The notes under the pieces were generated by a model. The model worked only from the letters and a program-made list of their open reading frames with translations. It was not told the origin of the DNA and did not search any database. Below are positions 46,716 to 55,855 of a DNA stretch of 64,000 nt, in pieces. The DNA comes from Candidatus Latescibacterota bacterium. GTDB lineage: Bacteria > Latescibacterota > UBA2968. The stretch is taken from NCBI GenBank assembly GCA_965208125.1, contig OZ242320.1, forward strand, positions 4,448,001 through 4,512,000, given 5' to 3'. The stretch's first letter is position 1, and each line of letters opens with the position of its first letter. The position numbers and the translations under genes were made by a program.

Positions 46716-49700
46716 TTTATTTCTGGCGAATTAATCTGGCTGTTGTGTTCGGCGTGGCAGTGGCGACAGCTGTTCTGACGGGTGCTTTGATCGTGGGCGA
46801 TTCCGTACGCGGCAGCTTGCGGGATTTGTCACTGAGTCGCCTGGGCAAAATTGATCACGCTCTGGTATCCGAGCGATTTTTCCGCGCAAGTCTGGAGCGC
46901 GACCTCGAGCGTGAACTCGACACTCAGGATGTTGTATCGGCCATTAGCTTGGGCGGAACGGCTGTTCACGTGGAATCGAATACGCGGGCTTCTCGCGTTC
47001 AAATTCAGGGTATTGATAATCGCTTTGCAAATCTGTTTGATCAAATATTGCCCGAGTTGACGCTCGAGGGAATATTTCCATCGGTTGTCGTCAACGAATC
47101 CCTCCAAAAAGAACTCAATGCACAGATTGGCGATGCCATTCTGCTGTCTTTTGAACAATCAGATGATATTCACCGCGAATCGCTATTTGGACGTGCCGAT
47201 GGTGCGGTTCAAACAATTCGATTGACACTCGCAGGCGTGCTTCCCGATAGGGGAATGGGGCGCTTTGGCTTTTTCGCTCGCCAGAGCGTTCCCCTCAATG
47301 CATATCTGTCGCTGCCGGTTTTACAAAAAGCGTTGGGGCAAAGAGGCCGCGTGAATACATTGCTGGTGTCGGGTGATCCTGATGCCGACGTTCGGGAAGC
47401 TCTTTCCCGCGTTGCAACGCCGGATGATCTTGGCATTGTCATCCGCCATGAAGCAGATTATTTCGCTGTCGAGAGCACGCAGTTTATTCTCAAATCCCAT
47501 ATTGTAGAGACTATTCAAAAAGTATCTGCTGAATTAAACGCGCCCCACATGTCTATTCTCACCTATCTGGCGAATACCACACAGGTGGGGGAGAGAGAAC
47601 TGCCCTATTCCACAATTTCTGCGATGGATGTTGAGAATCTGGGGACTTTTCAGCTTGTAGATGGATCACTACAACTCGGGGAAGACGATATTTTGCTGAA
47701 TATCTGGGCGGCTGAGGATTTGAACGCACGAGTTGGCGATGAAGTGAAAGTTGCCTATTACGAAGTTGCGCCAGGAGAAGAACTCCTGACCCGTTGGGAG
47801 ACGTTCCAACTCAAGGGTATTGTGGCAATGGCGGGATTGGGCGCAGATGAAAAGTTGTCCCCCGATTATCCGGGCCTGGGTGATGCAAATAATATGGCAG
47901 ATTGGGAAGCGCCCTTTCCCATAGACCTGAATAGTGTTCGTCCCGAGGATGAAGATTATTGGGATACCTATCGCGACGCGCCAAAAGCCTTTGTGTCTGC
48001 CGCGACTGGGCAGCGATTGTGGCAAAGTCGATTTGGCGTATTAACCGCCATACGCGTTGGGGCTATTGCGGGAGAAGATATCGAAACAACAGCGAAGCGA
48101 TTTGAGGATCGCTTGCTAAAAAACATTGCGCCCGAATCGGCTGGTCTGATATTTCAGCCCGTCAAACAACAGGGCCTGGCTGCTTCTGCGGGAGCGACGG
48201 ACTTTAGCGGGCTGTTTATTGCATTCAGCCAATTTCTGATTATCTCTGCGGCGCTTCTGGTCGGATTATTATTTCGCCTGAGTGTGGAGCAGCGAGGCAG
48301 AGAAGTTGGCCTGCGGATGGTGTCGGGATATACGGGAAAAAAAATTCGCCAACTCTTTAGTTGCGAGGGCCTTGTACTGGCCTGTGTGGGCGGTATTTTG
48401 GGGCTGGCAGGCGGTGTTTTCTACGCCTATCTGATTATGGCGGGATTGCGTACTTACTGGGTGGGCGCGGTTGGCACATCTGATCTCGTGCTTCATATCA
48501 ATGCATCGAGTCTGTTGTTGGGCTATGCCATTTCACTCATCGTGATTCTGCTGGCAATCTGGCTCACGCTTCGCCGTTTGGGTCATATTTCTGTTCGCGC
48601 ATTATTATCGGGTATTACGGAAGTGGTGCGCGCAAAGTCGCGCACTAAATGGTATGCTCTGGGCAGCCTCGTTCTTGCCGCGCTCAGTCTGGGGGGGGCT
48701 GTGGTGGTGGATCCATCGGCGGGTACGGTTTTGTTTTTTATTAGTGGCGCGTTGTGGATGGTTTCGGGGTTGTGCTTTCTCTCGCTCTGGTTTAGACGCG
48801 GGCATCGCGCCATAAGAGAGGGTATTATTGGGATGGGGGTACAAAATAGCAAGCGGCAGCCCGGGCGGAGTTTGCTGTGTGCCTCACTCATCGGTTGTGC
48901 GTGTTTTGTCATTGTTGCAGTAGGCGCGAACAGGCGAACTGATCTGACTCAAAATATCGCGCAGGATAAAGCCTCTGGCACGGGGGGTTTTGCCCTCATC
49001 GCCGAAGTTGATGTGCCGATTTATTGGGATTTCAATTCAAAAGACGGGCAATTTGAACTCGGATTCTCGCAAGCAGATGCAGAACTTTTGGATCAAGCGC
49101 GGTTTATTCCACTACGCGTTTTGCCCGGTGAAGATGCAAGTTGTCTCAATCTTTACAAGCCCGAAAGCCCGCGCGTTCTGGGCGTTCCCGAAGCTCTGCG
49201 TCAGCGAGGTGGTTTTACATTTCAGCAAACGAGTACCGAAGTGGAAAATCCCTGGACGCTATTATCCGAGGATCTGGGCGCAGATGTGGTCCCGGCAATT
49301 GGGGATTATAATTCGGCTATGTGGATCTTGCACAAGCAATTGGGCGATGATATTGTGTTGCAGAATGAAATAGGGGAGACCGTCAGACTGAGATTGGTGG
49401 GCTTGCTGAAGACGAGTATTTTTCAAAGTGAATTGCTGATTTCCGAAGACAATTTTTTGCGGCACTTTCCCGACCGGAGTGGGTATGAGGCTTTTCTCAT
49501 TGAAACGCAACAACCCGTTCAGCTTACTGCGCTTGTAGAGAGCAGATTAAAAGACATCGGGTTAGACGCCGTATCCACAACGCAAAAACTCGCGCATTTT
49601 CAGGAGGTCGAAAATACGTATCTCACCACCTTTCAAACACTGGGGGGATTGGGATTGCTGTTGGGTACGCTTGGATTGGGAATTGTTCTATTGAGAAATG

Positions 49701-49999
49701 TGATTGAAAGACGCGGTGAATTGGCCGTTCTTCGCGCCTTTGGATTTCGCCGCGCTGTGCTGTCGCGCATGTTGCTCGCGGAGAACGGTTTTTTAATGCT
49801 CGTGGGTCTGGCTATCGGTAGCGTCTCTGCGCTTATTGCAGTAGCGCCCCATGTCATGAGCTATGGTGCGTTAATTCCCTGGGGATCGCTGGCTCTCACG
49901 CTTGTCATCATATACGGTGCGGGCCTCATCGCAAGCGCGATAGCTGTTTTCTTTGCCTTGCGAGCACCTTTATTGCCCGCGTTGAAACAGGAGATATGA
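46700..49999 (+). CDS. ABC transporter permease, duplicated FtsX/MacB-like
   Basis: 1099 aa with two FtsX-like modules (EQRGREVGLRMVSG; ERRGELAVLRAFG) and two large periplasmic domains. Confidence 0.9.
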   Translation: MRRSLIYFWRINLAVVFGVAVATAVLTGALIVGDSVRGSLRDLSLSRLGKIDHALVSERFFRASLERDLERELDTQDVVSAISLGGTAVHVESNTRASRVQIQGIDNRFANLFDQILPELTLEGIFPSVVVNESLQKELNAQIGDAILLSFEQSDDIHRESLFGRADGAVQTIRLTLAGVLPDRGMGRFGFFARQSVPLNAYLSLPVLQKALGQRGRVNTLLVSGDPDADVREALSRVATPDDLGIVIRHEADYFAVESTQFILKSHIVETIQKVSAELNAPHMSILTYLANTTQVGERELPYSTISAMDVENLGTFQLVDGSLQLGEDDILLNIWAAEDLNARVGDEVKVAYYEVAPGEELLTRWETFQLKGIVAMAGLGADEKLSPDYPGLGDANNMADWEAPFPIDLNSVRPEDEDYWDTYRDAPKAFVSAATGQRLWQSRFGVLTAIRVGAIAGEDIETTAKRFEDRLLKNIAPESAGLIFQPVKQQGLAASAGATDFSGLFIAFSQFLIISAALLVGLLFRLSVEQRGREVGLRMVSGYTGKKIRQLFSCEGLVLACVGGILGLAGGVFYAYLIMAGLRTYWVGAVGTSDLVLHINASSLLLGYAISLIVILLAIWLTLRRLGHISVRALLSGITEVVRAKSRTKWYALGSLVLAALSLGGAVVVDPSAGTVLFFISGALWMVSGLCFLSLWFRRGHRAIREGIIGMGVQNSKRQPGRSLLCASLIGCACFVIVAVGANRRTDLTQNIAQDKASGTGGFALIAEVDVPIYWDFNSKDGQFELGFSQADAELLDQARFIPLRVLPGEDASCLNLYKPESPRVLGVPEALRQRGGFTFQQTSTEVENPWTLLSEDLGADVVPAIGDYNSAMWILHKQLGDDIVLQNEIGETVRLRLVGLLKTSIFQSELLISEDNFLRHFPDRSGYEAFLIETQQPVQLTALVESRLKDIGLDAVSTTQKLAHFQEVENTYLTTFQTLGGLGLLLGTLGLGIVLLRNVIERRGELAVLRAFGFRRAVLSRMLLAENGFLMLVGLAIGSVSALIAVAPHVMSYGALIPWGSLALTLVIIYGAGLIASAIAVFFALRAPLLPALKQEI

Positions 50000-50005
50000 G
50001 GCGCG

Positions 50006-51541
50006 TTAATTTATTTTTTTAAGTGCGAGTTCATAGCACGCCGCTTCCCGATCATTTCGCACGAGGAGATAGGGTGCGGCAAGTGTGGGGGCGTTCCAGG
50101 TATGGCTGCCCAGGGCGGGAAACCGCGCGCGTTCATTGTGTTCTATTGGCGAGGCATCGACGAGGACGACATCGCCCGATTCGGTCTGGATGAGCAAAAG
50201 GTCATCTACGAGAATGAGTTGCCCGTGCCCGTAGCGCCCTTGCTTCCATTTGCGCTGTCCATCCGCCAGGTCCAAACACACGAGGACGCCGTCGTCCAGT
50301 CCGTAAATATATCCGTCTTTATAGACCATATTGGCAAATTTGGCTTTGAGACGAGGGCTTTTCCATATCCGTTCGGTAGTAAATTCATCCCGACTATTTT
50401 TTGCAATTTGAATCAATTCACTACCAATGCCATAACCCGTTGATACAAAGATGCTGTCTCCGGACAGTGGGATGGGTTGGGCAACGTGTTGCGTCATCCC
50501 AGCATACCAGGGATATTCCCATAGCAACTTGCCGGAAATTGGATCGTGACCCGCGACTTGCCCCCTGTTAAAAATGAGTATTTGATCCATTCCCGCTATG
50601 GAGGCCAGGCTGGGCGAGCTATGACCCGCTCTTGCACGGCCACCTCCCCAGATAATAGCACCGGTTTCTTTGTCATAAGCCATTAGTGATTGCTCGGTTT
50701 GTCCGCCCGGACTCACGATTACCTTGTCGTCTAAAACGAGAGGCGAACCGCTCATGCCCCATTCTTTAACGCGCGCATTGGTTTCTTTCACGGTATCGCG
50801 CGACCAGATTTCTCGACCGGTTTCTAAATCGAGACAGGTGAGAATGCCGGTTGCGCCAAAAGAATAGACGCGGTTGCCCGATATGGTTGGCGTGGCTCGC
50901 GGACCAATTCCGGCAATCGCGGTTTCATATCGCGCGTGCGCGCTGTGACGCCATTTCTCTTTTCCGGTCAATAGATCGTAACAGGCTATGGTTTCGTCTT
51001 CGCCTTTTTGCTCTTGAGTCACAGCCGAGCGTCCAACAACGGCAAAGGCGGAATAGGCTTCACCAACGGGTACGCGCCAGAGTAATTTGGGGGGATTTTG
51101 AACCCAATCGGATTCCAGTTTTATTCCATTGAGGATGGCGTTGCGGTGAGGACCCAAAAATTGAGGATAGTCTATATCGGGACCGCCTGAAGATTGTCCC
51201 GCCACGGATATTGATGTAACAGAAGACCAGCGCCACTCTATCTTGGGAGCCAGATCGCCCGTAAAACCGCGAATTTGAAATAGTGAAACCGCCAGGATGA
51301 ACAGGAGTATAAGAATAATTAGCCCACGCAGGCGGATTTTCCGGCTCGCTCGAGAGAATGCAAAGAACCATAGACAGAGTAAAAAAAAGCCGACTGAGCA
51401 GACGAGTATGGTCGGCATAACCTGCATCTGGCGGTTTGGCCTGTCGGGAAGCCAGATTGCCGATAATACAACGAGCATTAATGCGGCGATAGCAATAGCG
51501 GGCCACCAGCGAATGGATTTGGGATAAAGAGGAGCAGGCAT
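50006..51541 (-). CDS. Membrane-anchored PQQ-binding-like beta-propeller protein
   Basis: Three N-terminal TM helices, then DYPQFLGPHRN, GPRATP, HSSP, WNAPTLA. Confidence 0.85.
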   Translation of the reverse strand: MPAPLYPKSIRWWPAIAIAALMLVVLSAIWLPDRPNRQMQVMPTILVCSVGFFLLCLWFFAFSRASRKIRLRGLIILILLFILAVSLFQIRGFTGDLAPKIEWRWSSVTSISVAGQSSGGPDIDYPQFLGPHRNAILNGIKLESDWVQNPPKLLWRVPVGEAYSAFAVVGRSAVTQEQKGEDETIACYDLLTGKEKWRHSAHARYETAIAGIGPRATPTISGNRVYSFGATGILTCLDLETGREIWSRDTVKETNARVKEWGMSGSPLVLDDKVIVSPGGQTEQSLMAYDKETGAIIWGGGRARAGHSSPSLASIAGMDQILIFNRGQVAGHDPISGKLLWEYPWYAGMTQHVAQPIPLSGDSIFVSTGYGIGSELIQIAKNSRDEFTTERIWKSPRLKAKFANMVYKDGYIYGLDDGVLVCLDLADGQRKWKQGRYGHGQLILVDDLLLIQTESGDVVLVDASPIEHNERARFPALGSHTWNAPTLAAPYLLVRNDREAACYELALKKIN

Positions 51542-51613
51542 AAAATTCCTTTTTTTAGTTGTTAGAGTTAGTCCACCGACTCTCTATCTCCAACGTAAAC
51601 AAAAAAGAAGGGT

Positions 51614-51642
51614 TTGACAACCATTCATTAAATGGATATTTT
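51614..51642 (+). promoter_or_regulatory. Sigma70-type promoter
   Basis: TTGACA, 17 bp spacer, TATTTT. The spacer contains the inverted repeat CCATT-N5-AATGG. Confidence 0.6.
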
Positions 51643-51687
51643 GAATCTCTGAATTGCAAAATATCACATCACAGAAAGGAGTTTGCG

Positions 51688-53001
51688 ATGAAGAAATGGC
51701 TTTTGATTTTGATGGGGTTCTGTCTGATTCCGATTCTGGTTCAGGCAAAACACCATGCGGCGAAGGAAACGCAGAATTGGCCCCACCTGCGGGGACCGAA
51801 TGTAAATGGACTCGTAGATACGGGCAATCCCCCTGTGGAGTGGAGCGAAGATACCAATATCCGCTGGAAAGTAAAAATTCCGGGTACTGGTCACGCCACG
51901 CCTATTGTATGGGGCGACAAAATTTTTGTTCAGACAGCAGTTAAAACTGACAAGACCGTAGAAGTCGCCCAGACAGCCAGAAAGGTGCTGCCCACTCATA
52001 TCTATCAATTTAAGCTGCTTGCACTGGATCGCAAAAGTGGCGATGTGGTGTGGGAAAAGACCGTGCGCGAGGCACTGCCCCACGAAGGCACTCATAAAAC
52101 GGCTAATTATGCTTCCACATCGGGTGTTACAGATGGCGAACACCTGTACGCGTTTTTCGGTTCATGGGGCTTGTACTGCTTTGATTTCGACGGCAATTTG
52201 AAATGGGATAAGGACCTGGGTGATATGAGAGTTGCAGGCTCTTTTGGAGAAGGTTCATCGCCGACGATTCACGGTAATACGCTGATTATCAACTGGGATC
52301 ACCAGGGTGCTTCGTTTATTGTCGCGCTGGACAAGCGCACGGGTGAGGAAATCTGGCGCACGGCGCGACGGGAAAGAACGACGTGGACCACGCCCATCGT
52401 TGTCGAACACAAGGGCACGCAACAGATTATTGTGGGCGCGAGCGGAAAGACCCGAAGTTACGATCTCAAAACTGGTGATGTATTATGGGAATGCGCGGGA
52501 CTGGGATCAAATGTCATTCCCACCGCCGTCTATGCCGATGGCATCGTCTATGTTACAAGTGGCCATAGAGACCCGGCCATGCTGGCGATTTCACTCGATA
52601 AAGCCAAAGGCGATATTACGGGTACAGATGCCGTGCTCTGGACTGTTACTGGCAACTTTACCCCTTATGTTTCCTCGCCTCTTCTTTCCGGAAACAATAT
52701 CTATAGCATGAGAAAAACTACTAACATTTTGTTCTGTTTCAATGCCAAAACAGGCGAAAAAGTTTTCGGTCCCGAGCGGCTCCAGGGCCTGAATCGCATA
52801 TACTCTCCGCTGGTTGGCACAAGCGACCGCATTTACCTCGCCGGGCTGGCTGGCACGACATTTGTGATCAAGAACGGTGGCGAATTTGAAGTGCTCGCAA
52901 AAAACGAACTCGACGAGGGTACCGGTGCATCTCCCATTATCGCGGGTGATGAGTTGTATTTGCGCGGCAGTGAACATCTCTATTGTATTGCGGCAAATTA
53001 A
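51688..53001 (+). CDS. Secreted PQQ-binding-like beta-propeller protein
   Basis: AAGGAG RBS, signal peptide, NWPHLRGP, GHATP, FGEGSSP, WTTP, ASP...LYLRG. Confidence 0.88.
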   Translation: MKKWLLILMGFCLIPILVQAKHHAAKETQNWPHLRGPNVNGLVDTGNPPVEWSEDTNIRWKVKIPGTGHATPIVWGDKIFVQTAVKTDKTVEVAQTARKVLPTHIYQFKLLALDRKSGDVVWEKTVREALPHEGTHKTANYASTSGVTDGEHLYAFFGSWGLYCFDFDGNLKWDKDLGDMRVAGSFGEGSSPTIHGNTLIINWDHQGASFIVALDKRTGEEIWRTARRERTTWTTPIVVEHKGTQQIIVGASGKTRSYDLKTGDVLWECAGLGSNVIPTAVYADGIVYVTSGHRDPAMLAISLDKAKGDITGTDAVLWTVTGNFTPYVSSPLLSGNNIYSMRKTTNILFCFNAKTGEKVFGPERLQGLNRIYSPLVGTSDRIYLAGLAGTTFVIKNGGEFEVLAKNELDEGTGASPIIAGDELYLRGSEHLYCIAAN

Positions 53002-53013
53002 AAGAGGATAGCT

Positions 53014-53964
53014 ATGCGGCACAAAGCATTACTCATCTTTGCTGTAGCTTTGTTCATCGGGTGTGGCGCGCCTCAGGATCGAGAGGATAAATTTCTCAGC
53101 GTGGGCACGGCGCCGCCCGGTGGTGCGTTTTTTGTCGTGGGGGGGGCGATTGCTCAGGTTGTCAACGATCACATGACCTGGGAGGTCTCTGCCGAGGCGA
53201 CCAAAGGCACGCAGGAGAATATTCGCCGCCTTTCGAGTGGGGAACTGGATTTCGCGCTGGCCAATGCCGCGATTTCCTATTTTGCCGTGCGCGGAGAAGG
53301 CGCGTGGGGAGAGAAACAGAATATCAATGCGGTTATGACATTGGCGCCGAATGTCGCGCTTTTTATTGCGCCACAAAGCGCGGGTGTCAATGGTTTGGGG
53401 GACCTCAAGGGCAAGCGCGTTGTCGTGGGACCAGCAGGGGCGGGATTTGAGTATTTCTTAAGACCCATCCTGAACGCGCACGGAGTCACTTATGACGATT
53501 TCACACCGCTTTACAATACGCAGGCGGGAACGGTTGACATGCTCGCCGACGGATCGGCTGCGGCTGCTTTTTTAGGGGGCGCAGTGCCCACGGCCTCGAT
53601 CACTCAGGCCAGTGCGTCTCAGGATATTTATTTTATTCCCTACGATGAATCGGCCAAACAAAGCCTTTTTGAGACCTATCCCTTCTTTTTTGCCGCAACG
53701 ATTCCCGCCAATACGTACCGGGGGCAAGCAGAAGATTTCGCCGGGATGAATGTCGGTTCTATGCATCTCATCACGCGGGCGAGTTTGAGCGAAGATACGG
53801 TTTACAATTTTACCAAAACGCTCTATGAACGCCGTGAAGAAGTCGTAAAAAAACACCCGGCGGGCAGGGCGATAAATCCCAAGAATATCGTTCGAGATAC
53901 AGGGACGCCTTTTCATCCGGGTGCGATAAAATATTTCAAAGAAATTGGTATCTGGAGCGAATAG
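53014..53964 (+). CDS. TAXI-family TRAP transporter solute-binding lipoprotein
   Basis: Lipobox-like FIGC, GTAPPGGAFF, TKGTQEN, PFHPGA. Confidence 0.9.
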   Translation: MRHKALLIFAVALFIGCGAPQDREDKFLSVGTAPPGGAFFVVGGAIAQVVNDHMTWEVSAEATKGTQENIRRLSSGELDFALANAAISYFAVRGEGAWGEKQNINAVMTLAPNVALFIAPQSAGVNGLGDLKGKRVVVGPAGAGFEYFLRPILNAHGVTYDDFTPLYNTQAGTVDMLADGSAAAAFLGGAVPTASITQASASQDIYFIPYDESAKQSLFETYPFFFAATIPANTYRGQAEDFAGMNVGSMHLITRASLSEDTVYNFTKTLYERREEVVKKHPAGRAINPKNIVRDTGTPFHPGAIKYFKEIGIWSE

Positions 53965-53968
53965 ACGC

Positions 53969-55855
53969 ATGACGCGCCTCTATTCCCACCTGTTTCGCAT
54001 TATCTCTGCGCTGCTCGGTCTTTTTATTCTGGTCGAAGTCAATTATCCGCAACTCTCACCACAAGCCCAGCTATCGGTTTTTGCCCTGCTGGGCTTGTGT
54101 CTTGTGTTCCTCAAATATCCGATCCACTCCAATAAATCCCTTCAGATCCTCGATCTCTTTTTCGTTCTGGCAGTTGTTTTCTGTTTTGGTTATGTCCTGA
54201 CCCAGACTGAATCCCTCTTTCAATTTTCCTGGCTCAATGGGCAATCCCTGGGCAATCGCGCGGGACTCGAACACGCGCTCGATCACGTTGTCGGACTCAT
54301 CGGGCTTATCCTGGTCTTGGAAGCAACCCGTCGCGCCATTGGTCTCACCCTGCCCCTGCTCGCATTCGTCTTTTTGATTTATGCCGCTTATGGATATCTC
54401 CTGCCCGACTGGCTCTTTCCACACCGCGGATATAACTGGGAGCGCATTGTCTCTCAGACCTATCTCCACTCTCAGGGCGTTTTTGGCATCGCGTTGAAGG
54501 TGATGTTTACCTACGTTTTTCTTTTTGTGCTTTTTGGCACTGTACTCGAAGAGACTGGCGCTACGGGATATATTCTGAATACGGCTCGGCGCATTTTTCG
54601 CCGTAGCACCGGGGGACCAGCCAAAGTGGCTGTTATTTCTTCGGGTATGATGGGGTCGCTTTCGGGCAGTGCCGTGGCCAATACGGCGACTACTGGCACG
54701 TTTACCATTCCGCTGATGCGCTCAACGGGTTTTCGTCCAACTGTGGCTGGCGGCATTGAAGCCGCAGCGAGTTCGGGTGGTGCGCTCGTTCCGCCCATTA
54801 TGGGGGCGGGGGCATATATGATGCTCGAAATCGTCGAACCGGCTGTCACGTATTTGGAGATCATCAAAGCTGCTCTGGTTCCGGCGATTCTCTATTACGC
54901 AGCTCTTTTGCTGATTGTCCATTTCCACGCCAAGCGCATTGGCGTGTCTGCAAGTGATGGAGAGACTCCTGAGCGTCCTCCCAGACCCCGTGGCCTGGTA
55001 TTTCTCGTCGCATTCATCACACTTATTGTGTTTCTCATTTTGGGATATACACCTTTTCGCGCCGTGAGTATCGCCCTGCTCTTTGTCCTCATTGTCGGTG
55101 CGTTTAGCTCCACAACGCGCGTTGGGCCTCGCGCTATGATCCGCGCATTGGAAAAGGCCGCGCACGGCGGTGTCTCGCTTATTGCAGCGGCTTCATGCGT
55201 GGGTATTATTATCGGTGTTGTGACGCTCACGGGGATTGGCACAAAATTGCCGAGCACTTTGTTGCCACTGGCACAGAATAATATCATTCTGGCACTAATT
55301 CTCCTTATGGTCTCCACCATTATCCTGGGGATGGGCTTGCCTTCAGCCGTGTGTTATCTGCTTATGGCGACTCTGGTGGGACCTGTTCTGAGCGATCTCG
55401 GCATTGTGCCATTGGGCGCGCATCTGTTTATTTTTTATTTTGGCATGATGTCTATGGTTACGCCTCCGGTTGCGCTGGCGGCGTACACGGCTGCCGCTAT
55501 TGCAAAGGCGAGTATTATGCAAACCGGCGTTACGGCTTTCCGCTTTGCCCTTGTGGGCTTTGCTTTGCCTTATGCCTTTGTTCTGCATCCAGAAATTTTG
55601 CTTTTGTCCTCTGATATTCCCGCTATAATCGCCAATATTCTCGTCGTCCTGCTCGGTATTTTACCCCTATCAGCCGCGGCGGCCGGGCATGCTTTTGCCC
55701 CTTTGCCCACTTATCAGCGCGTCCTTTTACTCGCCGCAGCCCTTCTCTTATTCCTCACGCCGTCGGGGGATGCCCGCCTTTATTTGCAGGGTATCGCGCT
55801 GCTCATCGCCGGTGTCACCGCGATCTCAAACTATCGGTCTGCTCATCAGGATTGA
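53969..55855 (+). CDS. TRAP transporter fused permease (4TM/12TM)
   Basis: GGPAKVAV, GSAVAN, EAAASSGG, PPIMGAGAY, LGMGLP, TPPVALAAY. Confidence 0.93.
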   Translation: MTRLYSHLFRIISALLGLFILVEVNYPQLSPQAQLSVFALLGLCLVFLKYPIHSNKSLQILDLFFVLAVVFCFGYVLTQTESLFQFSWLNGQSLGNRAGLEHALDHVVGLIGLILVLEATRRAIGLTLPLLAFVFLIYAAYGYLLPDWLFPHRGYNWERIVSQTYLHSQGVFGIALKVMFTYVFLFVLFGTVLEETGATGYILNTARRIFRRSTGGPAKVAVISSGMMGSLSGSAVANTATTGTFTIPLMRSTGFRPTVAGGIEAAASSGGALVPPIMGAGAYMMLEIVEPAVTYLEIIKAALVPAILYYAALLLIVHFHAKRIGVSASDGETPERPPRPRGLVFLVAFITLIVFLILGYTPFRAVSIALLFVLIVGAFSSTTRVGPRAMIRALEKAAHGGVSLIAAASCVGIIIGVVTLTGIGTKLPSTLLPLAQNNIILALILLMVSTIILGMGLPSAVCYLLMATLVGPVLSDLGIVPLGAHLFIFYFGMMSMVTPPVALAAYTAAAIAKASIMQTGVTAFRFALVGFALPYAFVLHPEILLLSSDIPAIIANILVVLLGILPLSAAAAGHAFAPLPTYQRVLLLAAALLLFLTPSGDARLYLQGIALLIAGVTAISNYRSAHQD

